Shown here: piece after piece, positions 42,900-52,613 of the stretch
Position numbering within the stretch: the first letter of the stretch is position 1
How the letters are laid out: every line of letters starts with the position of its first letter
Source: Calditrichia bacterium
GTDB taxonomy: Bacteria; Calditrichota; Calditrichia; JAJRVZ01
Direction of reading: 5' to 3'
NCBI GenBank assembly: GCA_963777955.1
Contig: CAVZSQ010000023.1
Span: 1 to 64,000, forward strand
DNA length: 64,000 nt
Translations under genes and position numbers: made by a program
The notes under the pieces: generated by a model
Databases searched by the model: none
The model's input: the letters and a program-made list of their open reading frames with translations, nothing else
What the model was told of the DNA's origin: nothing

Positions 42900-44899
42900 G
42901 CTGGAGTACAAAAATTCTGAGGGGGCATAATTTGAAGATTCGTAACCTGTGCGGGATTTGTTTCACCTGCCTGATCATGATTTCTCGTGTATTGGGACAG
43001 AGCGGGGTAGATGGTTTTTTAGAAGACTTTGAACCTAAATATGCACCGGTATTTCCTTTTCAGGAAGAGATTAAAACTTCCAATACTGCTACCGTAACGG
43101 TTACCATCGATGCCGGCGATACTTTAGGACCTGTTTCCAAATACAATTACGGTAACAATGCGAATTTATGGATGAGCCAGATGGTGGATCAGAATGCCCT
43201 GCTAGATAATATTACGCTGCTGGCACCCAATATTATCCGTTTTCCGGGGGGTAATATCACTAATGTCTTCTTCTGGGATGCCACATCTAATCAACCACCC
43301 GGCGATGTTCCGGACTCTCTTTTTGACGGAGACGGCAACAAGGTTGCAGCCTCGTGGTGGTATGGTAAGAATTCAGCGAGCTGGACCCTCTCTGTGGATA
43401 ATTATTATACGATGCTCGATCTGACCTACAGTACCGGTATAATTTGCGTAAACTTCAGTTATTCCCGTTATGGAACCGGTCCGGATCCGGTGGCTGTTGC
43501 CGCCCATTATGCAGCGGAGTGGGTTCGTTATGATGATGGCCGTACAAGATTCTGGGAAATTGGCAATGAAGATTCCGGACCCTGGCAGGCGGGTTATCAG
43601 ATCGATACTGCGCTGAATCAGGACGGACAACCCGAGATTATAACCGGAGATATTTACGGCAAGCATTTCCTGGTATTTGCCGATTCCATGCGTAAAGCGG
43701 CACAGGACCTTGGCAATCCGATATATATAGGTGCACAATTGATTGCCTATAACGCAGCAAGTTCCTGGATACCGGCTGAAAGAACCTGGAACAGCGGTTT
43801 CTTCGCCCGGGCCGGTAATGCCGCTGATTTCTTTATCATCCATAGTTATTATACACCTTATAATCAAAATTCCAACGCCGCCACCGTGCTGAATTCCGCA
43901 ACTACCGAAACGATCAACATGATGAACTATGTAAAACAATCCGCAACTCAGAACCAGGTTTCAATGAAACCGCTGGCGCTGACCGAGTGGAACATTTTTG
44001 CTGTGGGATCAAAACAGTCTTGTTCCTACATCAACGGTATGCATGCGGCTATTTTGCTCGGGGAACTGGCTAAAAACGGTTACAGCATGTCCAGCCGCTG
44101 GGACCTGGCCAACGGATATGACAACGGCAATGATCATGGAATGTTCAACAATGGCGATGAAGCGGGTGTGCCCAAATGGAATCCGCGTCCGGCCTACTTT
44201 TACATGTACTATTTTCAGCAACTTTTTGGCGATCACATAGTAAATTCCTCAGTGAGCGGAAGTACCAGCGTACTGGCCTATGCTTCGCGGTTTAATTCCG
44301 GAGAAGCTGGAATTGTCACAATCAATAAAGGTACCACCGAGCAGTGTATAAAACTGGTACCCGATAATTTTGGTTACGGTGCAGGATATTATATTTATTC
44401 CCTGACAGGCGGTACGGACAATGGCGAATTTTCACAGGTTGTATATGTAAATGATGTGGGGCCGACCAATTCCAGCGGAGGACCCATTGCCGGTCTGGTG
44501 GATATTCCAGGTCAAAAATATTCAACCGAGGGCGAGATCAGGTTCATTTCACCGCCGCGATCGGTGCAATATATATTGATCGAACCCGGCCAGAATACAG
44601 CCGTGGGAGATAATACAACTGTGACCGGGATCGAGGGGTATATTCTCGGTCAAAACTATCCCAATCCGTTCAATCAGCGCACGGCGATTTCATATTCACT
44701 TCCCGAAGCGGCCACTGTGACCCTGCAGGTATACGATATGCAGGGCCGGGTAATAGCGACACTGGTACAAAATGAGAGAAAAGCAGCGGGTAATTATAAG
44801 GTCTTTTTCGATGCGGCCAGACTGGCCAGCGGAGTTTATATATACAAACTTCGTACCGTGAATTTTGAAGCTACCAGAAAAATGTTATTCCTGAAGTAG
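42896..44899 (+). CDS. Clan GH-A glycoside hydrolase (GH44/GH51/GH79-like) with T9SS-type CTD
   Basis: 'IIRFPGG', acid/base 'WEIGNE', 'IHSYY', nucleophile 'LTEWN'; CTD 'QNYPNPFN..RKMLFLK'. Confidence 0.7.
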   Translation: MSWSTKILRGHNLKIRNLCGICFTCLIMISRVLGQSGVDGFLEDFEPKYAPVFPFQEEIKTSNTATVTVTIDAGDTLGPVSKYNYGNNANLWMSQMVDQNALLDNITLLAPNIIRFPGGNITNVFFWDATSNQPPGDVPDSLFDGDGNKVAASWWYGKNSASWTLSVDNYYTMLDLTYSTGIICVNFSYSRYGTGPDPVAVAAHYAAEWVRYDDGRTRFWEIGNEDSGPWQAGYQIDTALNQDGQPEIITGDIYGKHFLVFADSMRKAAQDLGNPIYIGAQLIAYNAASSWIPAERTWNSGFFARAGNAADFFIIHSYYTPYNQNSNAATVLNSATTETINMMNYVKQSATQNQVSMKPLALTEWNIFAVGSKQSCSYINGMHAAILLGELAKNGYSMSSRWDLANGYDNGNDHGMFNNGDEAGVPKWNPRPAYFYMYYFQQLFGDHIVNSSVSGSTSVLAYASRFNSGEAGIVTINKGTTEQCIKLVPDNFGYGAGYYIYSLTGGTDNGEFSQVVYVNDVGPTNSSGGPIAGLVDIPGQKYSTEGEIRFISPPRSVQYILIEPGQNTAVGDNTTVTGIEGYILGQNYPNPFNQRTAISYSLPEAATVTLQVYDMQGRVIATLVQNERKAAGNYKVFFDAARLASGVYIYKLRTVNFEATRKMLFLK

Positions 44900-46096
44900 T
44901 TACTTTTTATTTTTTTCTAAAATAAAAGCTGCATCGAGCTCAAACAGCAATTCGTCGCGGCAAACATCGGCCACCACGTTTACCGAGGGGGCGTTGGCAA
45001 TTCCCAGTTCGGCAGCAATCTGCTGATAAACCGGGAAGTCTTGTAAACGTTTGAGAAATACTGTCGCCTCGCACAGATCAGCCAGGGTTGCACCCTCGGA
45101 GGAAATCAGAGTGGACACCACATTCAGGGTTTGCCGGACCTGGGCTGCCGGATCACCGATAAATACGCTTTTACCCTGATCATCGATAGAGGCTGTGCCG
45201 GAAACCAGGATCAGTTTATTATCGGCTTCCTCGATTACCACCGCACGGGAGAAGGCCGAGCCATAGCGGAAAGGTGAACGTTGTTTGGTCCCGTGAACTG
45301 ATCGGATTTTGATGGTACTTTTCGGCGAGCGATGAATGGCAAAGACATCCATGGTAGCGGGTTGTCCGGACGGATTTCTACCTTCGATGCCGGTACTGGC
45401 CGGAAGATAAATCTGTTCCGGCTGTGCGGCGGAATTTGAATTTCCCAGGAAACCATATTCCGAATAACACTCGTTTCTGACCAGATTAAAATCAGTGTAC
45501 CAGTCCAGAATTTCCGAAATATAAATCCAGGTGCGTACCACATCTTTATAGGTAGCCCCTGCAGTGCGCAGAATTCTTTCGGCCTGTTGGAACATGGCGG
45601 CCGAGCGTGTTTTGCGGCTGGCTTTATCAGTCTTAGCGGTACTGCCACCGTCAATACTGTGCAGCATAAAAAACGTGGAACCGTCGAGACTCCAGGCCCG
45701 GCCTTTGGGAATTCCCTGATCCATAATTGTCCAGACCTTGCTGTCATTGACCGGTTTGAGCGCCCGGATCTGCACACCGGCAAATTTATTGGCCAGGCAG
45801 GATTCCCCTTCTACGAAGGTAACCGGTGTATTGGCTTCAATTTTATATTTGCCCAGGGCACGATTCCGCCCTTTGAGTATCTGGGGCTGTAAACTAATGT
45901 CGCCGAAACACCGTTCATGAACCAGTTGACTGGACGAGGCGGATAAAACTTCGGCAATCCGGCTATAGATTTGCTCTGCCGATTTTTCCGGATCTGCCTC
46001 CCGGTCGGTTATCGAGACACTGATAAATAGATGGTTAGGTAAAGACGTTATAAAAATTTTATGAGTGGGATACGATTCTATTGTTCGCTCGATCAT
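44900..46096 (-). CDS. Rid/YjgF-superfamily (FkbO/Hyg5-like) double-domain protein
   Basis: 'VVRTWIY...I..WY..FN.VR', 'PASTGIEG', 'FSRA', 'VSGTASID..G', 'ADVCRDELLFELDA'. Confidence 0.8.
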   Translation of the reverse strand: MIERTIESYPTHKIFITSLPNHLFISVSITDREADPEKSAEQIYSRIAEVLSASSSQLVHERCFGDISLQPQILKGRNRALGKYKIEANTPVTFVEGESCLANKFAGVQIRALKPVNDSKVWTIMDQGIPKGRAWSLDGSTFFMLHSIDGGSTAKTDKASRKTRSAAMFQQAERILRTAGATYKDVVRTWIYISEILDWYTDFNLVRNECYSEYGFLGNSNSAAQPEQIYLPASTGIEGRNPSGQPATMDVFAIHRSPKSTIKIRSVHGTKQRSPFRYGSAFSRAVVIEEADNKLILVSGTASIDDQGKSVFIGDPAAQVRQTLNVVSTLISSEGATLADLCEATVFLKRLQDFPVYQQIAAELGIANAPSVNVVADVCRDELLFELDAAFILEKNKK

Positions 46097-46118
46097 CTAT
46101 CTTCCTTCGTTTAGAAAT

Positions 46119-47722
46119 TCAATTTGTTTTAGTCAATGCTGATTTGGTTTCCGGGGCAGTGACGTTTGGTTTAGCACTGCTGACAGCCGGGACGGCATTG
46201 GGATCCAGGTTTGCAGTCAGTGATTTTGGTCCGGCAAAAGCAGACTCTGGCCAACTCCTGCGGGATTTCATGAATGGGTTCCGTGGTGAATTCAGGAACA
46301 TTATATAATAGTAATGAGGGTTCCTCAGCCAGGGGATTTTCCTGCGGCAGTACGAACGGTTTGGAAGCAATTCCCGACGAATCGAAATAACTGAAGTAAG
46401 GCCTGGTGAATAATCCATCCTGCCGCTTGCTGGAAAATACGAACCAGCGGCCATTGCTCGACCAGGAGTGGAACGAATCGGCCTGTTCGCTGTTTACTTC
46501 CGATTTTTTCCATTTCCCGGTATGCAGATCCAGCAGATACAGATCCGCACTGGAAAGATAAATAGGAAATTGACTGTAAGTGGTGGCTGTGAAAAGTACA
46601 AAACGGCCATCGGGAGAAACCCTTGGTTCGCTAACACTTAATCCCAGGTCAGTAGACGAGACAACCAGTCTCAACATTCCCCCAGGTCCGCTGAGCGGGA
46701 TCATAGGCAATCCGCATTAAATCATATTTGATCTGATCATAGGCGAAGTCATTGCTGTTGGCAGGATTTACATATGTTTCCAACCTGGGAGCACTGCAAA
46801 AATACAGGAACCTGCCGTCAGGCGACCAGGCCGGCCAGATCTCCAGACGTTCCGGGCTGGCAATTTGCGGAGTGGTGGTAACCGTATTTGAGGCTATATC
46901 ATACAGAATGAGATCAGAACTCCGGTCAAGTACATCGCGACACTCCCCCCCGCTGCTATGGAAAAACTGCAACAGATTACTGCATGAAAATGCGATAATT
47001 TTTCCCGAAGGATGCCAGGCGGGATAGGCAGCCGGCGGATTAATTTTTGTCTTTGTTTTGACATTGCGAATTTCGCCGTTTATAATCAACAACATGGCCG
47101 TACCGGGGTCACTCCGTAAATGTAGCAACCACTGGTCGGTTCCGTTCTGCCAAAAATTATGACAATTCATACAGTTATTCAGCGTTTGACTGTTAAGTAA
47201 AACCGGTTTTTCGTCGAAGTTCTCCAGGTTCCGCTGAAAAATGCCCATCTTTTTCCACAGGTTGAAGAGAGGGCCGAATTTCCGGTATACTAAATAACCA
47301 TCCATGGATTCCTGAGCGATCCGGTTTACCATAGAGTTGAATTGGGTCCACTTTCCGTTTCCGTCCTGCACATAAATATCAATCTTCAAATCCTGCCCCG
47401 GATTACCGGTTAACAGTTGTCGCCAACTTTTCCGGGGAATCTGCATGCAACCGGATTTACTCTGCACCTGGATGGCACTTCCATTTTTCGAGTGAATCCT
47501 GATAAAATAAGCGGTACCGGTTTCCTTGATTACAAAATTCAGCGGTGCAATATTAGCCGGAATTATGATACTATTATAATCAGGTTGAATAACGGCAGCG
47601 CGACCGGCAGACTGGATATCCGTTCTCCCTTCCGGCGTTGTTGAACATCCGGCGTAAAGCAGCAGAATTACAATATATAATATCCCGTAAACCACGGGTC
47701 TGATCCTGTTATTGAAATTCAT
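46119..47722 (-). CDS. TolB-like PD40 beta-propeller lipoprotein (2 frameshifts)
   Basis: Lipobox YAGC; 'I.PDY..IIIP.NIAPLNF', 'CMNCH', 'YPAWHPSG', 'PAWSPDG', 'PRVSPDG', 'HSWSSNGRW.VFSSKR.DG'. Confidence 0.8.
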
Positions 47723-49581
47723 TCTCGCTCTCCATCTGCTGCGCGGGAGGTTTGACGAACATCAGATAATACCAGTAAGTATCGCCGAATTGCGCCTAGT
47801 AAATACGGTCTGGCAATTGCTTTCTCGTTCTTGTACCTGGCCAGGATCTGGCGATATTGTGTAAAACGAACAATAGCAGCCGGCTCAATCCATTTTTTCA
47901 GCTGCTCCTGATCTAATTTTGGATTGGAGGACGCTGCCACAATCAAACCTTCCTGGATATGGCCGGGAAGTTTCGTATAGGCAAACCTGTTGAAATCCGG
48001 AATATGATTTAAAATTTCCTGTACGTTACCTTCAAGTAAATAGTAGGCTAATAAGTATTCAAAAGCCATTTTATTACCCGGATTTCTCCTCAATAGTAAT
48101 TCCAGGTCGGCCAATGACGGCCTGCCCAGGGAAACTATATTCTCGACCGGCATACATGAACGAATATATTTGTACACCTCGGTCCGAACGAGTTCGGCAT
48201 TGTTGTTGTTGAGCCGCAGCATCTCTTCGGCGGCTTTTTTATGGAAAGGAACATTCTCCAGGTTCCTGAAAAAATGATTTGCTGCTTCATGATCTCCTTT
48301 GACCATATAGACCATGCCCAGGCGGTTTAAAATATCAGCCGAAGCCCCTTTATACTCCAGGGCTTCATGAGCCCAATGCAGGGATCCGTTGACCAATCCT
48401 AATTTCCAGCAAAGATTACTCACCTCTTCGGGCCAGGCCAGACACCAGGTGCGGTTCATCAGCAGGCCGGCGGGTCCTTCGTTTTGAGGATAGGCAAACA
48501 TCTTATCAAGCAGTGCACCGGTTTGGAAAAGGGCCAGGTTGGTCTGTACCGAGAGCAGCGGATTAGTATGAGCCGAACCCTTAACCGCTGCAAGCACTCG
48601 ATTCCAATTTCCTTCTTTTACGGACAGATTGACCTGCAGCACCCGCCGCACCAGATCATCATACGATTGCTGGGCCAGTAAACCGGTTCCGGCCAGAAGC
48701 AAAACAGTACCCGCTGCCCACTTCCAGATTAAAGCAAATTTCAACCATCGGCTGATTTTTTCCCAGACTTTACGAATTCCACCTGACTTCAGCATCAAGA
48801 AAAATATCAGAGCCAGCAGATAAAACGCATAGAGACCGTATCCGGCAAAATTAGATGGGAGTGGTGATTCCATGCTAAGATTATGCAGATATGATTGCTG
48901 CCGGGGAACCAGGAATAGTGTGGCCGCTGCCAGTGCAGGCAGTACAGCCCCGATCAGCAGAAGTGCAAAACCGCAGATATATCCTTCGCGGATATATCTT
49001 CCTCCGAAAAGCAGATCGTTTAATCCAGCCAGGATGACAAAAATCAGGAAAGCACCGCCGCTAAGCCAGTACAACAATACGGCCACAGCCAGGACTACAA
49101 TCGTTCGCAGTAATTGCCGTTTGGATTTCCAGCGCATAAACAGGATCACCACGGCCAGATTTACGATCAATGCCAGTGTAATACCCAGGCGAAAACTATA
49201 CTGAACGTGAAGAACAAGCAAAAGAGCGGCTGGAATCAGGTGAAAGGTGTGAACCGGTCGTTTTTCAGACAGGATTTCCAGCCATTTTCTGGTTAGAAAA
49301 GCGACCAACCACAGGCAAATGGATAATAATAAAGAACTCCAGAGATCCGTTGTCCAGAATTGCATAAAAAGTAGTGAAAACCAATCTATGAATCCGCCGG
49401 GAATTTTTAGAAATTCCCGCCAGAAATCGGCAGTCATAAAAAAGACAGGGGTCTGTACTTCAATGCTGAGCACAGGATGGACCTGGTAAAAAAGATAGAA
49501 AAAACAGGCCAGGAAAAATATACTTTCCTGTAGCCAGGCGCTCATTTTGGTAAATAGGGACATCTCATCGGAACGGGTCAT
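47709..49581 (-). CDS. DUF6057-like membrane protein with C-terminal TPR-like region (frameshift near 47795)
   Basis: 'PGGF.D....F.MQF', several TM helices, 'NLAL...G.L.DKMF.YPQ', 'NP.NKMAFEYLLAYYLL'; a shifted frame gives 'QFGDTYWYYLMF'. Confidence 0.75.
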
Positions 49582-49665
49582 TAAACTACCATAAATCTAT
49601 ACAACTATAATTTATAAGATACAATTTTATTCCAAATTCTCAAAGTTAAAATTTTGATTTTACCC

Positions 49666-49694
49666 ACCTCCGAGGTGCTCAGCACCTCGGAGGT
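49666..49694. repeat. Perfect palindrome with 14-bp arms (REP-like)
   Basis: ACCTCCGAGGTGCT-C-AGCACCTCGGAGGT just after the GH31 stop. Confidence 0.65.
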
Positions 49695-49701
49695 TGTAAA
49701 A

Positions 49702-52521
49702 TCACAACTGTATTGTGATCGCTTTTCCATCATAAAAGACAGACTTGTCAGCTTTTGCGCTGATCTCCAAACCGCTGCCATGATCTTTGGACACCAGGAC
49801 TATATTGATTGTACGTTTTTTCAGCATGGCCGGGAATTCACCTTTTCGCTCGCTAATGGTCAACATGCGCTGAGCATCATTCCAGTTGAATGCGATGGTG
49901 GCATAGATCCCTTTTTCATAATTGTAATTGTCATTCTCATCTTCATAAAGTGTAAAATCAGCATCGGCACCGGGGTAAATACGTAATTCCAGCGGATCGG
50001 CTGGTTTTTCGGTGGAAAACTGCAGAAAGGGTCCCAGGGGGATAATAGATCCCGCTTTGACAAATAAAGGAATCAGCTCAATCGGTGCGGCAGTCTTGAT
50101 CTGGCGCCCTCCCGCTGTCACCTCCCCGGTCCAAAAATCATACCAGTTGCGGCCGGCCGGCAGATATATCTGCCGGCTTTTCTCCCGGTCAATTTTACTC
50201 TGCTCTCTGGCAAACATGGCCGGGGTTTTCCAGAACAGACGCATGCGCGCGGCTCCGGTTGATCTGTTTTCCGTTTCCACAATTAAATCGTATTTTTCAC
50301 CCACGGTTAATTCCACCGGTCTGGTATACTGCTCCACACTGGTGTAGACCATCCGCAAGGTATCCCCATTCAGAATAATACGTTTGGCATCATAGCACAG
50401 CAGATGAAACTGATACTTCCCGCTCTCTGCAGGAACCAGTTTTCCCTCCCAGTGAATGGCATAGGTCGAATCGGTCACGTACTCAGGGCGACCGGTATAC
50501 CAGATAATATCAATATTGGGATCGATCTGTTCCTTACTCAGGTTCTGGCGGGCAGCATCCTTATAATATTTAGCCTGGAGACCGGGTTTACCGTCTTTGG
50601 TCTGGAAAAATTCAGGGCCGATGAGTTCGCTCTGTTCCGGCGGCCGGTAATACATGTATTCGGTGACCGGACATACCAGCAGGGCCGGACCAAACATAAA
50701 TTGATCGCCGATCGTATAAGTTTTTTCATCATCCGGGAAATCCATCGGCAGGCCGCGCATTATGGTATAATCCCGGCTGGTGACCATCCAGGCCAACGAA
50801 TAGATATAAGGCAATAAACGGTAACGCAGATTATCGATCCTGAGAATTGCCGGAACAAATTCACCCATTTCCCAGATTTCGCGCGGTGTTTCCGAACCGT
50901 GCGAACGGAAGATCGGGCTGAAGGCCCCCAACTGGAACATGCGGGTGTATAACTCCTGGTAGGCAGGATCTTTTCCCCCCTGCATAAATACACCGCCGTA
51001 AGCGCCCAGCACAAATGCACCGATATCGAAAGTCCAGTAAGGTATCCCCGACATGCTGTGATTGATACCGGCCGGTATCTGGTTGCGATATATTTCCCAG
51101 CTGGCGCCGATATCGCCCGACCAGGTGGTGGCCGCGTTACGCTGCTGACCGGCATAGGTTGAACGGGTCAGAATATAAGCCCGGCGCTGGGAGGTTTCCT
51201 GGCGCCAGTATTTATAAATATCGTCGGTCATGGCCAGCGAGAAAGCATTCAGATACCTGGCCCAGGAACCCAGATAATTCCGGCCCATTTTTTTCAATTC
51301 ATACTCGCTGGATTCCTTGGTCATGGCATTGACCACATCCGGTTCGGTGGAATCTATCCACCAGCCATCGAGACCCTGCGTATAAAGTCCATTCCTGAGA
51401 TATTGCCAGTACAGGGCATTGGCGGCTGGATTATAGGCATCATAGTATTTAAATCCGGCCCAGCCTACCGGTTTGTACAGAAATCCGTGTCGTGACATAT
51501 CGGCATAGATCGCAGTTTTCGGTCCCAGTGCCGGCCAGATGGAGATGATGATATGAAAATTCATTTTATGCAACTGATCGCACATTTTTTTTGGTTCAGG
51601 AAAAAGTGTTTTATCAAAGAACATACCGCCCCAGTTAGCCGCCCCGTTCCAGTAATCCCAGTCCTGAATCATGTTGTCGATAGGAATTTTCAGCCGGCGG
51701 TATTTTTCAGCCACACTCATCAATTCGGCCTGGGTATCGTAATGTTCTTTGCTCTGCCAGTAACCGTAAGCCCATTTGCCATACATGGGTGCTTTTCCGG
51801 TAAGCCAGCGATAACCCGAGATTACCTCGTCCATGTTCCGGCCGGAAATGAAATAGTAATCGATATTGTCAGCCAGATCGGACCAGAATGAAGTACCGGT
51901 CGACAGATCTTCGAATATGGTTTTGGAATAATTGTCCCACAGAATTCCATAATTCCCGGTTGAAATAAGAAAAGGGCTGACTGCCTCGGTATTGGCCTGC
52001 GCCAGCACCACCCTCTTACCCCGGTAGTTGAAATATCCTGATTGATGCTGCCCCAGGCCATAGATTCCTTCATGATCGGAAAGTTGAAACTGCTGCTGAA
52101 TGCTAAACCCGGAATCGGCAGCATATACCACGGGTGAAAAAACAGCAGGTCCCATTTCTTTTAGAATGGTACTGCTATCCGCGTTCAGGTACTCGATTGT
52201 ACCGGCAGTCTTGGATACCCTCAGGTAAAGTTCCGTGGATTTGAGAAAAACTTGATTACCGTTTTCTTCAACCCTGATGCCCAGATCCGCCGGCGTATCC
52301 TGGATGACGCTTAAACTCTTCCTGACCGAAGTCCCGGCCGCCAGGTCCCACTTTATAATTCTGACTATATTTTCACCATAGAATTGAACTTTAAGATTAT
52401 GTTTCCCTTTACTCAATTCGATGCCGTTTTTGATAATCCTGATTTCCGGATTATTTAATGAACATTGCGAGGAAAACAGCAGGATAAAGCAGCAGATACA
52501 AATAATGGAAAGTTTTCTCAT
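49702..52521 (-). CDS. Second GH31 alpha-xylosidase-like lipoprotein with PA14 domain after the catalytic barrel
   Basis: AAGGAG RBS before MRKLS; 'WWIDSTEPD', 'WSGD', 'WTFDIGAF'; PA14-like 'GL.AKYY......IDPNID..W...YAIHWEG.L...SGKYQF'. Confidence 0.9.
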   Translation of the reverse strand: MRKLSIICICCFILLFSSQCSLNNPEIRIIKNGIELSKGKHNLKVQFYGENIVRIIKWDLAAGTSVRKSLSVIQDTPADLGIRVEENGNQVFLKSTELYLRVSKTAGTIEYLNADSSTILKEMGPAVFSPVVYAADSGFSIQQQFQLSDHEGIYGLGQHQSGYFNYRGKRVVLAQANTEAVSPFLISTGNYGILWDNYSKTIFEDLSTGTSFWSDLADNIDYYFISGRNMDEVISGYRWLTGKAPMYGKWAYGYWQSKEHYDTQAELMSVAEKYRRLKIPIDNMIQDWDYWNGAANWGGMFFDKTLFPEPKKMCDQLHKMNFHIIISIWPALGPKTAIYADMSRHGFLYKPVGWAGFKYYDAYNPAANALYWQYLRNGLYTQGLDGWWIDSTEPDVVNAMTKESSEYELKKMGRNYLGSWARYLNAFSLAMTDDIYKYWRQETSQRRAYILTRSTYAGQQRNAATTWSGDIGASWEIYRNQIPAGINHSMSGIPYWTFDIGAFVLGAYGGVFMQGGKDPAYQELYTRMFQLGAFSPIFRSHGSETPREIWEMGEFVPAILRIDNLRYRLLPYIYSLAWMVTSRDYTIMRGLPMDFPDDEKTYTIGDQFMFGPALLVCPVTEYMYYRPPEQSELIGPEFFQTKDGKPGLQAKYYKDAARQNLSKEQIDPNIDIIWYTGRPEYVTDSTYAIHWEGKLVPAESGKYQFHLLCYDAKRIILNGDTLRMVYTSVEQYTRPVELTVGEKYDLIVETENRSTGAARMRLFWKTPAMFAREQSKIDREKSRQIYLPAGRNWYDFWTGEVTAGGRQIKTAAPIELIPLFVKAGSIIPLGPFLQFSTEKPADPLELRIYPGADADFTLYEDENDNYNYEKGIYATIAFNWNDAQRMLTISERKGEFPAMLKKRTINIVLVSKDHGSGLEISAKADKSVFYDGKAITIQL

Positions 52522-52613
52522 CGGAGGCACTCCTTTATCATTATTAGAAACGGCCTTCATATTAGTTATACGAATTACGGGATGGGTAAATTTTATGATT
52601 ACGCTTAAATCTT

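Noticed and set aside
47155..47172. c-type cytochrome call for the TolB-like lipoprotein
   Set aside because: A single CxxCH inside a propeller protein with no other cytochrome features or maturation genes nearby is not enough.
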